DNA from: Mobula hypostoma | Taxonomy: Eukaryota | Assembly: GCF_963921235.1 (NCBI RefSeq) | Contig: NC_086097.1 | Coordinates: 199,022,001 to 199,086,000 of the forward strand | Reading direction: 5' to 3' | DNA: 64,000 nucleotides | Part shown: positions 13,840 to 27,795 of the stretch, piece after piece | How positions within the stretch are numbered: the stretch's first letter is position 1 | How the letters are laid out: every line of letters starts with the position of its first letter | Notes under the pieces: model-generated | What the model was told of the DNA's origin: nothing | Seen by the model: the letters and a program-made list of their open reading frames with translations, nothing else | Database searches by the model: none | Made by a program: the position numbers and the translations under genes

Positions 13840-14050
13840 CACATAATTAATCAAAATATTAGGCAGCATCTAGGGGAGGAAAAAAGAGCCAAGATTACAA
13901 TCTGAGACCATTGAACAATGTTTCAATAATGAATATATCCTTGCATTACAATTGCCCTTGAAGGGGCTCAGTCTGAAACGTCAGTTCTTTCTTCCTCTCC
14001 ATAGATACTGCCTGACCTGCCGAGTTTTTCCACTATTTTGTGTTATTCTG
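13840..14050. repeat. Decayed pair of inverted PLE-tail sequences
   Basis: aggcagcatctaggggagg on the left mirrors ctctccatagatactgcct on the right; remnant ctgaaacgtc. Confidence 0.55.
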
Positions 14051-14679
14051 TCAGGAGTGCAACTTTCATATGTTTGCATAACTCATTATTTTCAGATCTC
14101 ACAATATCACTTTCCCATAGAAACTTCACAATATTACTCACTTTAATGTACAATGTATAAGCTGAACAGTTCATGACCTTGGTCATAAATCCCGAGGCTC
14201 CCTGTGTAGCCAGTCAGAAAAATCATATTGTCATCATCTTTTACAACTGTGACATAGACATTTTGGTATATGACAGACCATGATAAGCCTTGCCACTGTG
14301 TTTTACTGTCTTATGCCCCCTCACTGCAAAAGCAATGTACATTGGTACCTTGGCTTTGGTAAAGAAGGTTCAATGCAAGTAGTCATTGAAAAATATGATT
14401 CATGTGCTACAAAACTTGCCAAGTGAGTACAATTAGTGTCCTTCAATGATCCTGAAGAAAAATCATCTGAGGTTCCACCCTTCTTGCAAATTGTAATATA
14501 TTCACCTTATATTATAGGCAGATCAAAGCAAGTTGTGGTTTATTTGCAAAGTAGAACACTTAAACTACACATGTTGTAACCTGATGAGTGTTTCAGTCAA
14601 TGCTACATTGTTATGAAGCAGGCAAGCTTTAACACCTTCCTCTAAAAATAGAGATGAAATGTATCCACACAGAGACAGA

Positions 14680-15590
14680 GGCATAGAATAATACAGGCCC
14701 TTCAGCTCAATGAGTCCATGTTGACCACTGTACCAATTTACTGACTTCAGCCCATATCCCTCTAAGCCCCATCCACCCCTCTATATACCTGTCCAAATGC
14801 ATCTCAATACCTGCCACAACCATATCTCTGCCAGCTCATTTCATATACTCACATCTGTCTACATGACAAAGTGACCACTCATGTCTTCTTAAAATCTTTC
14901 TCCTCTCACACTAAATCAATGCACACCACTGTTGAAACTCCCTTACCCTGTCTATGCCTCTCATAATTTCAGATATTTCAAAAGATCACGCCTCATTCCC
15001 CTACGTTCCAAGGCATAAAGACCTAGCCTGCCCAACCTCTCTCTATAGCTCAAGCCCTCTAGTCCTAGCAACATCCTTGTAAATCTTTTCTCCACTCTAG
15101 ACAGTATAACCACCCCTTTTGATAACAGGGTGACCAAAACTATAGAGTAGTCGAAATGTGTCCTCACCAATGACTTATACAAGCATGTAATATCTCAACT
15201 CCTATACTCAGTACCTTGACTGATGAAAGCCAGCATGCTAAATACCTTTTTCACCACCCTGTCTACCTATGATGCTACTTTCAACAAACCATACACTTGT
15301 ACTCCTATGTCTCTCTGTTCCATCACACTAACCAGTGCCCCATAGTGTAAGTCCAATGCTGGTTTGACTTTCCAAAATAGGTCACCTCATACTAATTTGC
15401 ATTGAAGTCTATCTGCGACTCCTCAGCCCACTTCCCTACCTGATCAGTATTGTAATCTACAACAACCTGCTTCGCCATCAACAACACCTCCTAATTTTGT
15501 ATCATCTGCTAGCTTACTGATCCAGCTTGCGGATTCACACTCAAATCCAAATTATTTCTATAAATAAGGAATACCAAGGGTCTTAAAAGC
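14680..15590 (-). mobile_element. Decayed CR1 3' fragment
   Basis: ORF 14961-15182: YKSLVRTHFDY...RFTRMLLGLEGLSYRERL. Confidence 0.8.
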
Positions 15591-16239
15591 TTCCCACTTG
15601 CATTCATTCATTTCCTTTCAAACAGGCTCACCCAATCACCCTCTGCTAGATTCTGTCTAATTCCTCCAAAATTAGCCCTGATAACAAGTATATTTTCAAT
15701 CACTACCTAAAACTAATAGACCGATAGTTACTGGACCAAAAAATGCTCACTAACAGACAATTCCAACCACTTGCTCTGTCCACTCACTGGAGTCCAGTGT
15801 CATGCCCTATTGACTCAGGAAACTTTCCAGGACCTAGCTCACAAAATTAACTTCCTCAGCACTCTACTGTATTTCAAAGTATTGCACAATCATTGAAACT
15901 GAAACCTCAGATATTATCATATTGGTGGGAAATCCATAAATCAAATTGCAAAGACTCGCCATCAACAACAAAAGAAATGATAGTCTTCAAATGATACAGA
16001 TGGATATTTTATGAAGACAGGTTGACTTCAGCCAAAAAAGTGTTAAATCCAAAAGTACAGCAAAACCTCAGTGTTTCTTTAATGCACTTAAATCTCAGTA
16101 TTGCAGTGAAATATCAATGATGGGACTTAAATCTTTACTCTTATGACTTAGGAACATAACCCGACCTTAAGTATAGAGAAATGTGAAATGCAGTAATGCA
16201 GGTTTTATTGATCCAATAACATTGTGTCATAAAAATGAA

Positions 16240-18450
16240 TTGTGTTTCTTGCTTAAAGTAACAATTTGGAATAGCAACCAAATATTCCTCAGACCAATCC
16301 TGCTTTGGAATGCAAAAGAAGCAAACAAAGTTTTTTTTCAGGATTGACCTTGTATTTAAAAAATACCACAGAAAAATACTGGCAGGGATGATGGCAGAGC
16401 AGCAAGGGCCGTAATTTCTGGAACTAATTGGAAGGGCAGGACAAATACACCTCAAAGAGGAAGAAGTATTCTAAAGGCAGAATAACATAACCATGGCCAA
16501 AACCAACATAAAAGCCAAAGAAAGGGCATATAACGAAAGAAAAATTAGTGTGAAGTTAGAGGATTGGGAAGTTTTTAAAAACCAACAGAAGGTAAGAAAA
16601 GAAATCATAAAAAAGGAAAAGATGAAATGCAAACATAAGCTAGCCAATAATATTAAAGAGGATACCAAAAGTCTCTTCAGATACATAAAGCACAAAAGAG
16701 AGGGGAGAGTAGATATCAGAGCACTTGAAAATGACAGTGGAGAGGTGGTAATGGGGGAAAAATTGAATAAGTATGTTGCATGAGTCTTCAATGCGGAAGA
16801 CATTAGCAGTATGGTGGAAGTTCGTGAGTGTCAAAAGGCAGAAGTGTGAGAAGGTTCTTGACAGTTCTGAAGGTAGATAAGTCACCTGGACCAGATGGGG
16901 TACACCACAGTGTTCTGAAAGAGGTGACTGAAGAGATTGAGAATGTATTAGTAATGATCTTTCACAAATCAATAGATTCTGACATGGTTCTAAAGGAATG
17001 GAAAATTGCAAATGTCACTCTACTCTTCAAGAAGAGAGAGAGGCAGAAGAAAGGAAAGTATAGGCTAGTTAGTCTGACCTCAGTAGTTGGGAAGATGTTG
17101 GAGTCAAATATTTTGGGGTACTTGGAGGTACGTGATAAAATGGGTCATAGTCAGCATTGTTTCCTTAAAGCAAATCTTGCCTAACAACTCTGTTGGAATT
17201 CTTTGATGAAATAACATGTAGGATAGACAAAGGAGAATTGCTGGATGGGGTGTACTTGGATTTTCAGAAGGCCTTTGACAAGGTGCCACACATGAGGCTG
17301 CTTAACAAGCTATGAGCCCATCGTATTTCAGGAAACATACTGGCATAGATAAAGCATTGGTTGATTAGCAGGAGGCAAAGAGTGGGAATAAAGAGAGCCA
17401 TTTCTGGTTGGCTGCTGATAACTGTGGTGTTCTACAGGGGTCTGTGTTAGGTCCACTTCTTTTTACATTATATGTCAATGACTTGATGACATAATTGATA
17501 GCTTTGTGGCCACATTTGTGGGTGATACAAAGATAGATGGAATGGGAAAGTAGTTTTGAGGAAGTAGAGAGGGTACAGAAGGATTTATACAGATTAGGAG
17601 AATGGGAAAAGAAGTGGCAGATGGAATACAGTGTCGGGAAGTGTATGGTCATGCACTTTGGTAGAAGAAATAAAAGTATAGATTATTTTCTAAGTGGAGA
17701 GAAAATTCAAACATCTGTGGGCAAAGGGACTTGAAAGTCCTTGTGCAGGATTCCCTAAATATTAAATTGCAGGTTGAGTCTGGGGTGAGGAAGGCAAATG
17801 TGTTGTTAGCATTAATTTCAAAAGGACTAGAATATAAAAGCAAAGATATAACGTTGAGGCTTTATAAAGCACTGATGACGCTTCACGTGGAATATTGTAA
17901 GAAGTTTTGGGCCCCTCATCTTAGAAAGGATGTGCTGACATTGGAGAGGGTACAAATGAGATTCACGAAGATGATTCTGGGATTGAAAGGCTTGCCATAT
18001 GAGAGTGTTTGATTGCTTTGGACCTCTATTCACTATAATTCAAAAGAATAAGGCAAAACCTCACTGAAACCTATCAAATGTTGAAAGGCCTCAATAGAGT
18101 AGATGTGGAGAGGATGTTTCCTATGATGGGGGAGTCTAAGACAAGAGGATTCAGCCTCATAATAGGGGGCTGTCCTTTTCAAACAGATATGAGGAGGAAT
18201 TTCTTCAGTCAGAGAGTGGTTGATCTGTGGAATTTGTTGCCATAAATGTCTGTGGAGGCCATGTCATTGGGTATATTTAAGGCAGAGGTTGACAGATTCA
18301 TGAATAGTCAGGACATGAAGGGAGACGGGGAGAATGCAGGAGATTGGGGCTGGGAGGGAAGATAGATCAGCCATGATGAAATGGTGGAGCAGACCCAATG
18401 GGCCAAATGGCCTAATTCTGCTCCTATTTCTTACAGTCTTATGATCTTAC
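16240..18450 (+). mobile_element. Decayed CR1 LINE ORF2 plus tail
   Basis: Collinear CR1 ORF2 fragments (KSPGPDG, WKIANVT, YLDFQKAFDKVP); tcttacagtcttatg tail. Confidence 0.88.
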
Positions 18451-18681
18451 AACACTTTTGTTACACACAGAATAACTCATAATAGTTCACTAAGACACAG
18501 ATTTTGAAGAAAAAGCAAAAATCTATTTAAATCTCTGGAAAAGTTATTTATACTTAAAATGCATATTGGTTTCTGTTTTAATTATTAAATATGTAAATTT
18601 ATATGTATTATGTACTGTTACTTCCGTAAAGTTAGATTTTCAACAAGTTGAGTCACAATTGCAGAATTGTGATGACTTTAC

Positions 18682-18809
18682 CTTATGGTCTTGATCATGC
18701 TAAGGCCCATTTCAACGCAGCAGTGTGCATGGTCTTGCCGTGGCTCAGGGAGTCCAGATACGCAGTAATAGCAATCTCCCAGGATCTTAATTCTAAGACA
18801 GTGATGTTC
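18682..18809 (-). CDS. adcy8: adcy8 coding exon (approx. exon 5; C1a, GDCY second catalytic Asp), 128 bp
   Basis: [42 protein letters not shown](R). Acceptor ttttag and donor GTAAAG. Confidence 0.96.
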
Positions 18810-19429
18810 CTAAAACATTATTAAAGTATTTAAATTAATATACTGCTTTTGCCAATTGTATCAGATGGAACTTTCTGATGGCATTCAACAAAATACTCAC
18901 TGTTGTAGAGTAAAGCATATAATTTTGCTGTTTGCTATACATTTATAATAAAGTATATATTGCCGATTTTCATTTCACATTTATTGAAACTTCTGTCAAT
19001 TATATTCAAAGGTTCAAAGGTAAAGTTTAATGTCAGAGAAATGTATACAATATACATCCTGAACTGCTTTTTCTTTGTAAAACATCCACGAAAACAGAGA
19101 AGTGCCCCAAAGAATGAATGACAGTTAAATGCCAGAAATCCAAAGAAAAATTACAAAATAGTCATTTCTCTTTGGAAATTAGGGTCTGTGAAATAGGCAC
19201 TCTTAATAGGCAAGCCTAAGTACATATTAACTATCAAAGCATGTCTAGAATGACTGGGAATATACATTATACATTTATATAAATACTGTATATGTACTGT
19301 ATATACCGTATGCAGACACATGATTCTGTAGGGGCTGGAATTTGGAACAACAACTAAGATGCTGCAGAAGTAGAATGGGGCATCTGTAGAGGGAAATTTT
19401 TTTGGATCAAAACCTTTCATCTGTATCAA

Positions 19430-20139
19430 ATATGATGACAAAATATAGTATTAATGGTAAGACTCTAGGCAGTGTAGAGGATCAGAGGGATCTTGGGGTC
19501 CGAGTGGTTAAGAAGTCATATGGTGTATTAGCCTTCATCAACCATGGGATTGAGTTTAAGAGCCGAGAGGTAATGTTACAGCTATATAGGACCCTGTTCA
19601 GACCCCACTTGGAGTACTGTGCTCAGTTCTGGTCACCTCACTACAGGAAGGATGTGGAAACTATAGAAAGGGTGCAGAGGAGATTTACAAGGATGTTGCC
19701 TGGATTGGCGAGCATGCCTTCTGAGAATAGGTTGAGTGAACTTGGCCTTTTCTCCTTGGAGCGGCGGAGGATGAGAGGTGACCTGATAGAGGTGTATAAG
19801 ATGGTGAGAGGCACTGATCGTGTAGATAGTCAGAGGCTTCTTCCCAGGGCTGAAATGGCTAACACGATAAGGCATAGTTTTAAGGTGCTTGGAAATAAGT
19901 ACAGAGGAGATGTCAGGGGTAAGTTTTTTACACAGAGAGTGGAATGGACTGCCGGCGACGATGGTGGAGGCGGATACAATAGGGTCTTTTACGAGACTCC
20001 TGGATAGGTACATGGAGCTTAAAAAAAAAAATAGAAGGCTATGGGTAACCCTAGATAATTTCTAAAGTAATTACATGTTCGGCACAGCATTATGGGCCGA
20101 AGGGCCTGTATTGTGCTGTAGGTTTTCTATGTTTCTATG
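19430..20139 (+). mobile_element. CR1 3' fragment
   Basis: RPHLEYCAQFWSPHYRKD in ORF 19402-20007; ttctatgtttctatg tail. Confidence 0.88.
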
Positions 20140-20407
20140 GATCAGGTATCTATTTATTCCCTTATTGAACAGTGGCATAATAACACACCACATGATGGCA
20201 CATCTTTCTCCCCAGAAAATAACACTGCATGAAGTATTCAACAACTTCTGTGAATCCTTATGCTAACTATTGAGTCCTAAAGGACACAATGTGATCTAAT
20301 TAGCTCCAGAATCAATACATATCCTAGTTAGTGATGCAAAATGGGCTGAATAATTCAGTATGTAAAGAAAAGTAAATGATTATTTGCTATGTGCCAAAAG
20401 GATGAAA

Positions 20408-21741
20408 CACTGGGCAAGAGATGAACCCATACAATTCCAAGGTAGTGCAAGGTGAAGCAAACAAACCATAAGGAAATGAATAATCCTCTGTACAATACGA
20501 GGCACCTGTGTTCAGTTATTGGAAGTATAACGCGAGAATACAAATTTGTTAGTAACAACATTGTTTTCATTATAGACACATTGCTCATTTGGACAATGGG
20601 ACTTAGAAACAGGTAGTTTTATGGGCAATATAAGCAATTGCCTGGTGAGTAAACATGGAAATAGAAAACTAGTAGTGAAAGACATCTGAGTTACAGTCAT
20701 CATAATAAAATGAAAACATCTGAAAATTGGATAAGTGAAAAAAGATTAAGTTTAAATTGATGGGAAGCAACTTGAGTAAAATTCATCAAGTGATTGTACT
20801 GAACAGGAGCAAAAGTAAATGGAATGCTTTGAAAAGAGCACCTCTGGCTGCCACAATGCAAACCCTACGATTAGCAGCGAAGTTTAAAGTAAAAAAACAA
20901 TTTTCCAATTGTATCTAAAGATAAGCTACTGGGAGTTAACAAAATAATCATAAAATTGAAACATACATGCTTTAAAAATAATTACATGGTGTGGTTTACT
21001 CCTACTCTTAAGCACTAAAAAGTGGCCTGCAGCTGCTGTATTGTCAGCAATCTTAACAGAAGGGCTGCTGCTGTCCCGACTGCTACAGAGCAGGATCAGG
21101 AACATGCTGCCAGTGGCCATTAAGCTCATGGTGGCTATCGATCTTATTGCTTCTGATTATATCTACAATACTTTGTTGTGATGGAGCTAACAGCAATATC
21201 TTGCTCTAAGACAGTGCAGTTTATTTTATTCTGCATTGGCAAAGAACAGCAGTCACCGTCACTACATGAATTCAAGAGGAACTTGGGCTTTCTGATTGTG
21301 CAGAACTACATTGACTGTAGTTATGATGCTTTCAGGGCACCAAGCATGACTTCTGAGATGTACTGTAAGAACAGATGATTTCTCCCACACCCTGAATGTT
21401 CAGCTGGCTATGTTTGAGGACACCAAAATATGATGATCAGGGCCAAGAAATGTACATGAAACATTCCTTCACTACAATCTGTTGCACTTCCTGTTTATGC
21501 CCCTCCTACTAAACTCATGGCAGGCAGGGGCCCTCTTCTAACCACCTGGTTTCTAAGTCCCATTGTCCAAACGAGCAATGTGTTTATAACAAAACCTATG
21601 TTGTTACTAACAAATTTGCACTTCGGGTCATACTTCCAATAGCTGAGCACAGGTGCCTTGGATTGTACAGAGGATCACTGAATTCCTTATGGTTTGATTG
21701 CTTCAGCCTGGGAACTGTATGGGTCCATCTCTTGCCCAGTG
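20408..21741. repeat. ~210-bp diverged inverted repeat (arms about 20408-20618 and 21540-21741)
   Basis: For example cactgggcaagagatg / catctcttgcccagtg, and caaatttgttagtaacaacat / atgttgttactaacaaatttg. Confidence 0.9.
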
Positions 21742-21875
21742 CTGCAGTAGGACAGAAGGAGAGGGAGGTAATAGGAAAGGAAGAAAGAGGGAAAATAGAT
21801 ACGGCAGGAAGGGAAAGGAAACATGTTCTTGACCAGACTGTCAAAGAGCAACACATCAGACTCAACTTTCACTCA
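20900..21875 (+). mobile_element. Fossil PIF/Harbinger transposase (HARBI1-like)
   Basis: Collinear degenerate motifs LPVAIKL, GFLIVQNYIDCSYDAFRAP, NR..HTLNVQL, TWFLSP, YN....T and RCL..YRGSL, then a purine-rich stretch. These resemble recalled Harbinger motifs GFPxVxGxIDCTHxxIxAP, NRKGxHSxNVQ and RFRCL. Confidence 0.6.
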
Positions 21876-23379
21876 GCAGTGTTCCAATTCTCTATTCCAT
21901 AACAGTTTTGATCTTTCTTCTGACTCTGATCACTGCAGCACCCATAAGATTATAATAACGAGAGTATCTAGCCGTGATAGAAACATCAACTAAACATGCA
22001 GATCGAATCCCTTAGTGCCTACTTTCCATAAGCGTATGCCTGTATTCATTACTCTCAGTAGCCGCAGCACTGGCTGGGAAAAGCTGGTGCCTTCCTTTCA
22101 AAAAGACTGGAGATACTGTTGGAGGATGACTCGAGACCCTCTGTACCTGGACAGCTAAGCTTCAGATTGCATCATATCACCATGTGGGGCGGTGATCAGG
22201 TTGGCAAGAACACTGGGTAATTACTGCAATGGCACCATATATACTGTCACTTTGAGAGATAGGAACAGATTTGTGCTATACCAGGTTACTGTCTCTCCCC
22301 CAGGATAATGTCTCAATCATTCTGGTCAACTGTTGGAGGACTTCTTTTCATAGCGTGTTGTGAATCTCTTTCATCTTGATACCCACTGTTAGAGTGGTAG
22401 CTGTCTGAGATTGTTAATGCAGTACTGAACTGTTAAATAGTTTCTGATTATACTGCAGTGAGAGCTCAGAAATTGCCTTCAAACGCTGCAGGCAGAGGGA
22501 TTCACAACCACTGAGGTGTGGTGAGCTACAACTCCCAAACTGGAAACAGTGATTTCCAAAATCTGCACAGATATTTGTAGAAGGTTGCAGTTGGATGCTA
22601 CCTCACTTCTAAATGTACAAGAGACTTGAGGAAGGGCTGCTAAAGCACTAAGCTTTTCATTTAAAAAAAAAATTGCTCTTTTCTTGCTGGCTGCACCGTT
22701 TGTGTCCTTGAGAAGCTGGCCCCTGTGCTATCCTGTCCCCTTTTTTGGCTGCAGATCGCTAGTGCCTGATAATTCACCGCATGCAGATTCAATTAGGGGA
22801 TGGAGGGATGATGAACAGTTCCTGGATTAGAGACAACCTTGGGAGGTGAATACTGTGTGAGGCTGGTGTGCCAGTGGGACTACTAGGTCATGGTGATTTA
22901 AGCTCCCTTTACAACCTTGTGTGAACACATTGAACCTTGGGTGGATTATGTCCAAGGCTTACATATGCCATTTTTGTATCCTCCCATTGTCACTTATGGG
23001 TGGGTACTGAGCAATGTAGAACGAAGACCTCTCTTCGCTTCACCTTATTAAACAGGCTCATAAATATTGCATCAAAATTGTGGTACCTGCTGTGACCTCT
23101 TCTAGCAAATAGTAAGTGCCTTTGGAATGTCTTTTACCACTTCATACCAGCTACAATGCAGTTACTCTTCAAGGAGAGCAGACTGGATTTGATCAGTACA
23201 AGTTAGTTTCAACTGGCACTAGCCGCTAATGAAATGGACCCTATTGTGATTTATTAAGGTAACCTAATAGCTGAACTCCAGGTAATAAGCAAGTAGCATG
23301 GATTTATTGTATTTCCTGCGCATGGTTGAGATACAGACCAAACTTTACATTACAATCCAAAGGCATATTTTACAGCGCT

Positions 23380-24250
23380 ACATATTTTATGCCTCAACAT
23401 ACTTAGATTTTTTTAAAGCCTTTGACCAATTCATCTGCCATTCATCATCTTTAACAAAGATCAGAAATCAGTCTCACAAGACTATCATGTCATTACAGAT
23501 GTCAGAAAGACAATTTGAGATGCATAGACCATTGATAATGGGAATATATTAGGCTAATTCAGGTACAATAGGAGAAATAGACCCATGACATTTTTTAATA
23601 TGGATGTATGTGATATCAGGAACTTGAGTAACAACATACTGGATGGGCTTGTTCAAGGTTGCTGAGTTTGTAAATTACAAGGGGTTAGGTAGCTTGAGTC
23701 AGAGAGGATCTGTAATAGACAAAGACTATTGTACAAACCAGTAGGGCATTAGGATATCTTACCAGGACTATTAATAGTTGCCATCATAGAGATAAAGAGC
23801 ACTGAAAGAGGTCAGATGAAGGCTACTGAATTAGTGGACAGATTAAGGGCTTTAGTAACAGAAATAAAATGAAGAACTAAATTACTTGAATTATTAGGTA
23901 GTTTACAACAGAAAAAATCCAAAATGTTTTAATGCCTAGATACAGGTTGGCTGTTTAGAATTTTTTATTTTGGTAGAATCTTTGCCCTCTGGAATAATTC
24001 CCAACACAAGCAGTAAGTGGAGATTTGCTTAAAATATTAAAAAGGATGCTGGCTGAGTTCCCAAGTGTCTAATGTGGCTAAAATAGACGGTGAGTCACTG
24101 CAAGTATGTTATGCAATCAATTTAGTCTCCAAGAACATGTTTGATCAATTTCAAAGGGAAGAGACAAATTATCTGCCTTTATCCTGATTAAGCCTAAGCA
24201 ATATTTCTTGGACAGTTGGGAGGTAGTGAGTTCAAATGAAGATATGGGAT
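23380..24250 (+). mobile_element. Very old LINE (CR1-type) RT remnant
   Basis: YLDFFKAFD motif in ORF 23298-23552; weak downstream similarity. Confidence 0.45.
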
Positions 24251-24347
24251 GTTGAGCAGTATTTGCTTTTATAGAAGGTTACTTAGCTATTGGCATTTGT
24301 ATTGGAGGACCAGCTAAAGTTCATATCTATTTTGCATTTTTAATACA

Positions 24348-25513
24348 CACACACAAAATGCTGGTGGAATGCAGCAGGCCAGGCAGCACCTATAGGAAGA
24401 AGTACAGTCGACGTTTCGGGCCGAGACCCTTCGTCAGGACTAACTGAAAGAAGAGATAGTAAGTGATTTGAAAGTGAGAGGGGGAGGAGGAGATCTGAAA
24501 TGATAGCAGAAGACAGGAGGGGAGGGGTGGATCTAAGAGCTAGAGAAGGGAGAGGATCATGGGATGGGAAACCCACCACCAAGCACATCTTTCCCTTCCC
24601 CCCTTTTTCTGCTTTCCACAGGAATCGCTCCCTACGCGACTCCCTTGTCCATTCGTCCCCCCCATTCCTCCCCACTGATCTCCCTCCCGGCACTTATCCT
24701 TGTAAGCAGAACAAGTACTACACATACCCTTACACTTCCTCCCCCACCACCATTCAGGGCCCCAAACAGTCCTTCCAGGTGAGGCGACACTTCACCTGTG
24801 AGTCGGCTAGGGTGATATACTGTGTCCGGTGCTCCCATATTGGCGAGACCCGACACAGCCTGGGAGATCGTTTCGCTGAATACCTACGCTCTGTCCACCA
24901 GAGAAAGCAAGATCTCCCAGTGGCCACACATTTTAATTGCACGTCCCATTCCCATTCTGATATGTCTATCCACGGCCTCCTCTACTGTCAAGATGAAGCC
25001 ACATTCAGGCTGGAGGAAAAACACCTTATATTCCAACTAGGTAGCCTCCAACCTGACGGCATGAATATTGACTTCTCTAACTTTCGTTAATGCCCCTCCT
25101 CCCCTTCACACCCCATCCCTTATTTATTTACTTTATATATTTTTTATTTTTCCTTTTTTTTCCTCTCTCTTTTTTTTCTCCCTCTGTCCCTCTCACTATA
25201 ACTCCTTGCCTGCTCTCCACCCTCTGGGCTCCCCTCCCCCTTCTCTTTCTCCCCAGGCTTCCCGTCCCATGGTCCTCTCCCTTCTCCAGCTCTTAGATCC
25301 ACTCCTCCCCTCCTGTTTTCTCCTATCATTTTGGATCTCCCACTCCCACTTTCTAATCTCTTACTATCTCTTCTTTTAGTTAGTCCTGAGGAAGGGTCTT
25401 GGCCCGACCAAAACGTTGACTGTACCTCTTCCTATAGATGCTGCCTGACCTGCTGTGTTCACCAACATTTTTTGTGTGTTGCTTGAATTTCCAGCATCTG
25501 CAGATTTCCACAT
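24348..25513 (+). mobile_element. Penelope-like element: inverted terminal repeat (24348-~24568) plus GIY-YIG 3' fragment and tail, 18-bp TSD
   Basis: VIYCVRCS..HIGETRHSLGDRFAE. TTTTGCATTTTTAATACA repeated at 24330-24347 and 25514-25531. Confidence 0.93.
24406..24441 (-). ncRNA. Minimal hammerhead ribozyme motif, intact, sense to adcy8
   Basis: Minus strand reads AGTC-CTGACGA-A-GGGT-CTCG-GCCC-GAAA-CG-TC-GACT. Confidence 0.82.
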
Positions 25514-25599
25514 TTTTGCATTTTTAATACATCTTTTTGTCTCCTCTACTTCTCTTTCCTCCTTCAACATATTCTTTGAAGGAGGAAAGAAAAGCAGAG

Positions 25600-26135
25600 A
25601 TGACCGTAAGAGCAGAATTAGGCCATTTGGCCCATCAAGTCTGCTGACATTCAATTGCGGCTGATCCTTTTTTTTCCTCTCTTCAGCTTCACTCCCCAGC
25701 CTACTCCCCAGAACCTTCGATGCTGTGGCCAATCAAGAACTTATCAATCTCCACCTTAAATACACCCAATGACCTGGCCTGTAGTACACAGCTGCCTGTG
25801 GTAACAAATTCCACAAATTCACCACACTCTGGTTAAAGAAATTTCTCCATGTCTCTGTTTTAAATGGATGCCCCTCCGTCCTGAGGCTGTGCCCTGTTGT
25901 CCTAGACTCGCCCACCATGGGTAACATTCTTTCCAACTTCTACTCTCTCTAGGCCTTTCAACATTCGAAAGGTTTCAATGAGATTCCCCCCCTGTCCACA
26001 CATCCTCCTAAATTCAAGCCAGTACAGGCCCAGAGCCATTATATGATAACCCTTTCATTCCTGGAATCATCCTTGCGAACCTCCTCTGAACCCTCTCCAA
26101 AGTTAGCACATCTTTTCTTAGATAAGGAGGAGCCC
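25600..26135 (-). mobile_element. CR1 3' fragment
   Basis: Reverse complement of the CR1 3' end seen at 12040-12546. Confidence 0.85.
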
Positions 26136-26731
26136 AATACATTTTACTGACCAACTGTTCCAATGACCACTTTAGACTTATATGATGCATTGATTGCTAA
26201 TGCTTTTGTAAAGTATTCACGAATATTTTACAATGTTATAGCTACTATAGTGAGGAAATTGGTTGTTTGTAAATTCGAAGCAGCTTAATTATCTACTTCT
26301 GTAATTATTCCAGCTAACTAATATATATTTTGCAATGATTAGCTATTAATGTAATATATTAATTAGCCTTCATTATTTTTCAATGTAGAGTTCAAGTTTA
26401 ATTATCATTCAACCATATGTGAATACCCATGAATACAGCCAAATGAAACAGGGTTACAAATGAAACAATCACTGCTGCGATCGAATGCATCTTACTGGAA
26501 ATTCCAGAATTAATTACTAGAAGTAATTGTTAGATTAGTGTCATTACCTTTAAGGACATCCTTGCTTACTTAGAGGACTGTGGCTATTAAATATGTTCTT
26601 CCCGATTATGGGGTAACCTGATCAACAAGTACTCTAATAATACTAAAGCCTTAAAGTACTGCCACAAAAGTGCTTCTAACAAATTTGCAGTTTTTGCTGA
26701 AACCTTTCTAATAGTGTGGTAGGTCTTTTTG

Positions 26732-27795
26732 AATCATAGAGTCATAGAGAAGTACAGCACAGAAACAAGCCCTTTAGCCAACTAGTCTGTGCTGAACCAT
26801 TTAAACTGCCTATTCCCATCAAACTGCATCTGGACCCTCCATACTTCTACTATCCATGTACCTGTCCAAACTTCTCTTAAATGTTGAAATTGAACTTGCA
26901 TGCACCACTTGTACTGCAGCTCACTCCACACTCTCGTGATCCTCTGAGTTAAGAAGTTTCCCTCATGTTCCCCTTAAACTTTTCACATTTCACCCTTAAC
27001 CCATGACCTCTAGTTATTGCTCCACTGAACCTCAGTGGAAAAAGCTTGCTTGCATTTACCCCATCAAACCCCTCATAATTTTGTATACTTCTATCAAATT
27101 TCCCCTCAGTCTTCTACTTTCCAAGGAATTAGGTCCTAACCTATTCAATCTTTTCTTATAACTCAGGTCCTCCAGTCTTAGCAATATCCTTGTAAATTTT
27201 CTCTGTACTCTTTCAACCTTATTTACATCTTTCCTGTAGCTAGCTACCCAAAACTACAAACAATACTCCAAATTTGACCTCACCAATGTCTTACACAACT
27301 TCAAAAAAACATTCCATCTCCTGTACTCAATACATTGATTTATGAAGGCCAATGTGCCAAAAGCTTTCCTTATGATCCTGTCTACCCATGACACCACTTT
27401 TAATGTTAGCACTCATTTCACGAGGAGTTGAATATGAAAGTAAGGATGTAATGCTGAGGCTTTATAAGGCACCGGTGAGGCCTCACTTGGAGTATTGTGA
27501 GCAGTATCAGGCCCCCTATCTAAGAAGGGATGTGAAGGATGTGAGGTCACTGGAGAGGATTCAGAGGAGTTTCATGAGAATTATTCCAGAAATAACTGTT
27601 ATTATATGAAGAAGAACGTTCGATGACACAGTGCCTGGGGATTTATTCAGTTTAATTTGCCTCAAGACAGTAAACACCTCCTCCTCTGTAATCTGTATAG
27701 GGTCCATGAAGTCAATGCTTCTTTGCCTCACTTCTATAGACCCTGCATCCATCTCCTGAGTAAATACAGAGTCAAAAAATCCATTTATGATCTAC
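26732..27795 (-). mobile_element. CR1 3' fragment containing an opposite-strand CR1 piece at about 27400-27625
   Basis: catagagtcataga tail and minus-strand ORF2 similarity; plus-strand VRPHLEYC piece in ORF 27388-27609. Confidence 0.8.

Noticed and set aside
20408..21741. CACTG...CAGTG ends as a CACTA/Chapaev transposon
   Set aside because: No TSD, and the right arm is internal to a Harbinger-like coding remnant that continues past 21741.
22980..23200. Myb/SANT partner gene of the Harbinger fossil on the minus strand
   Set aside because: Only faint hints (SALLEE, EEVTAG) with stops; not supportable without a profile search.
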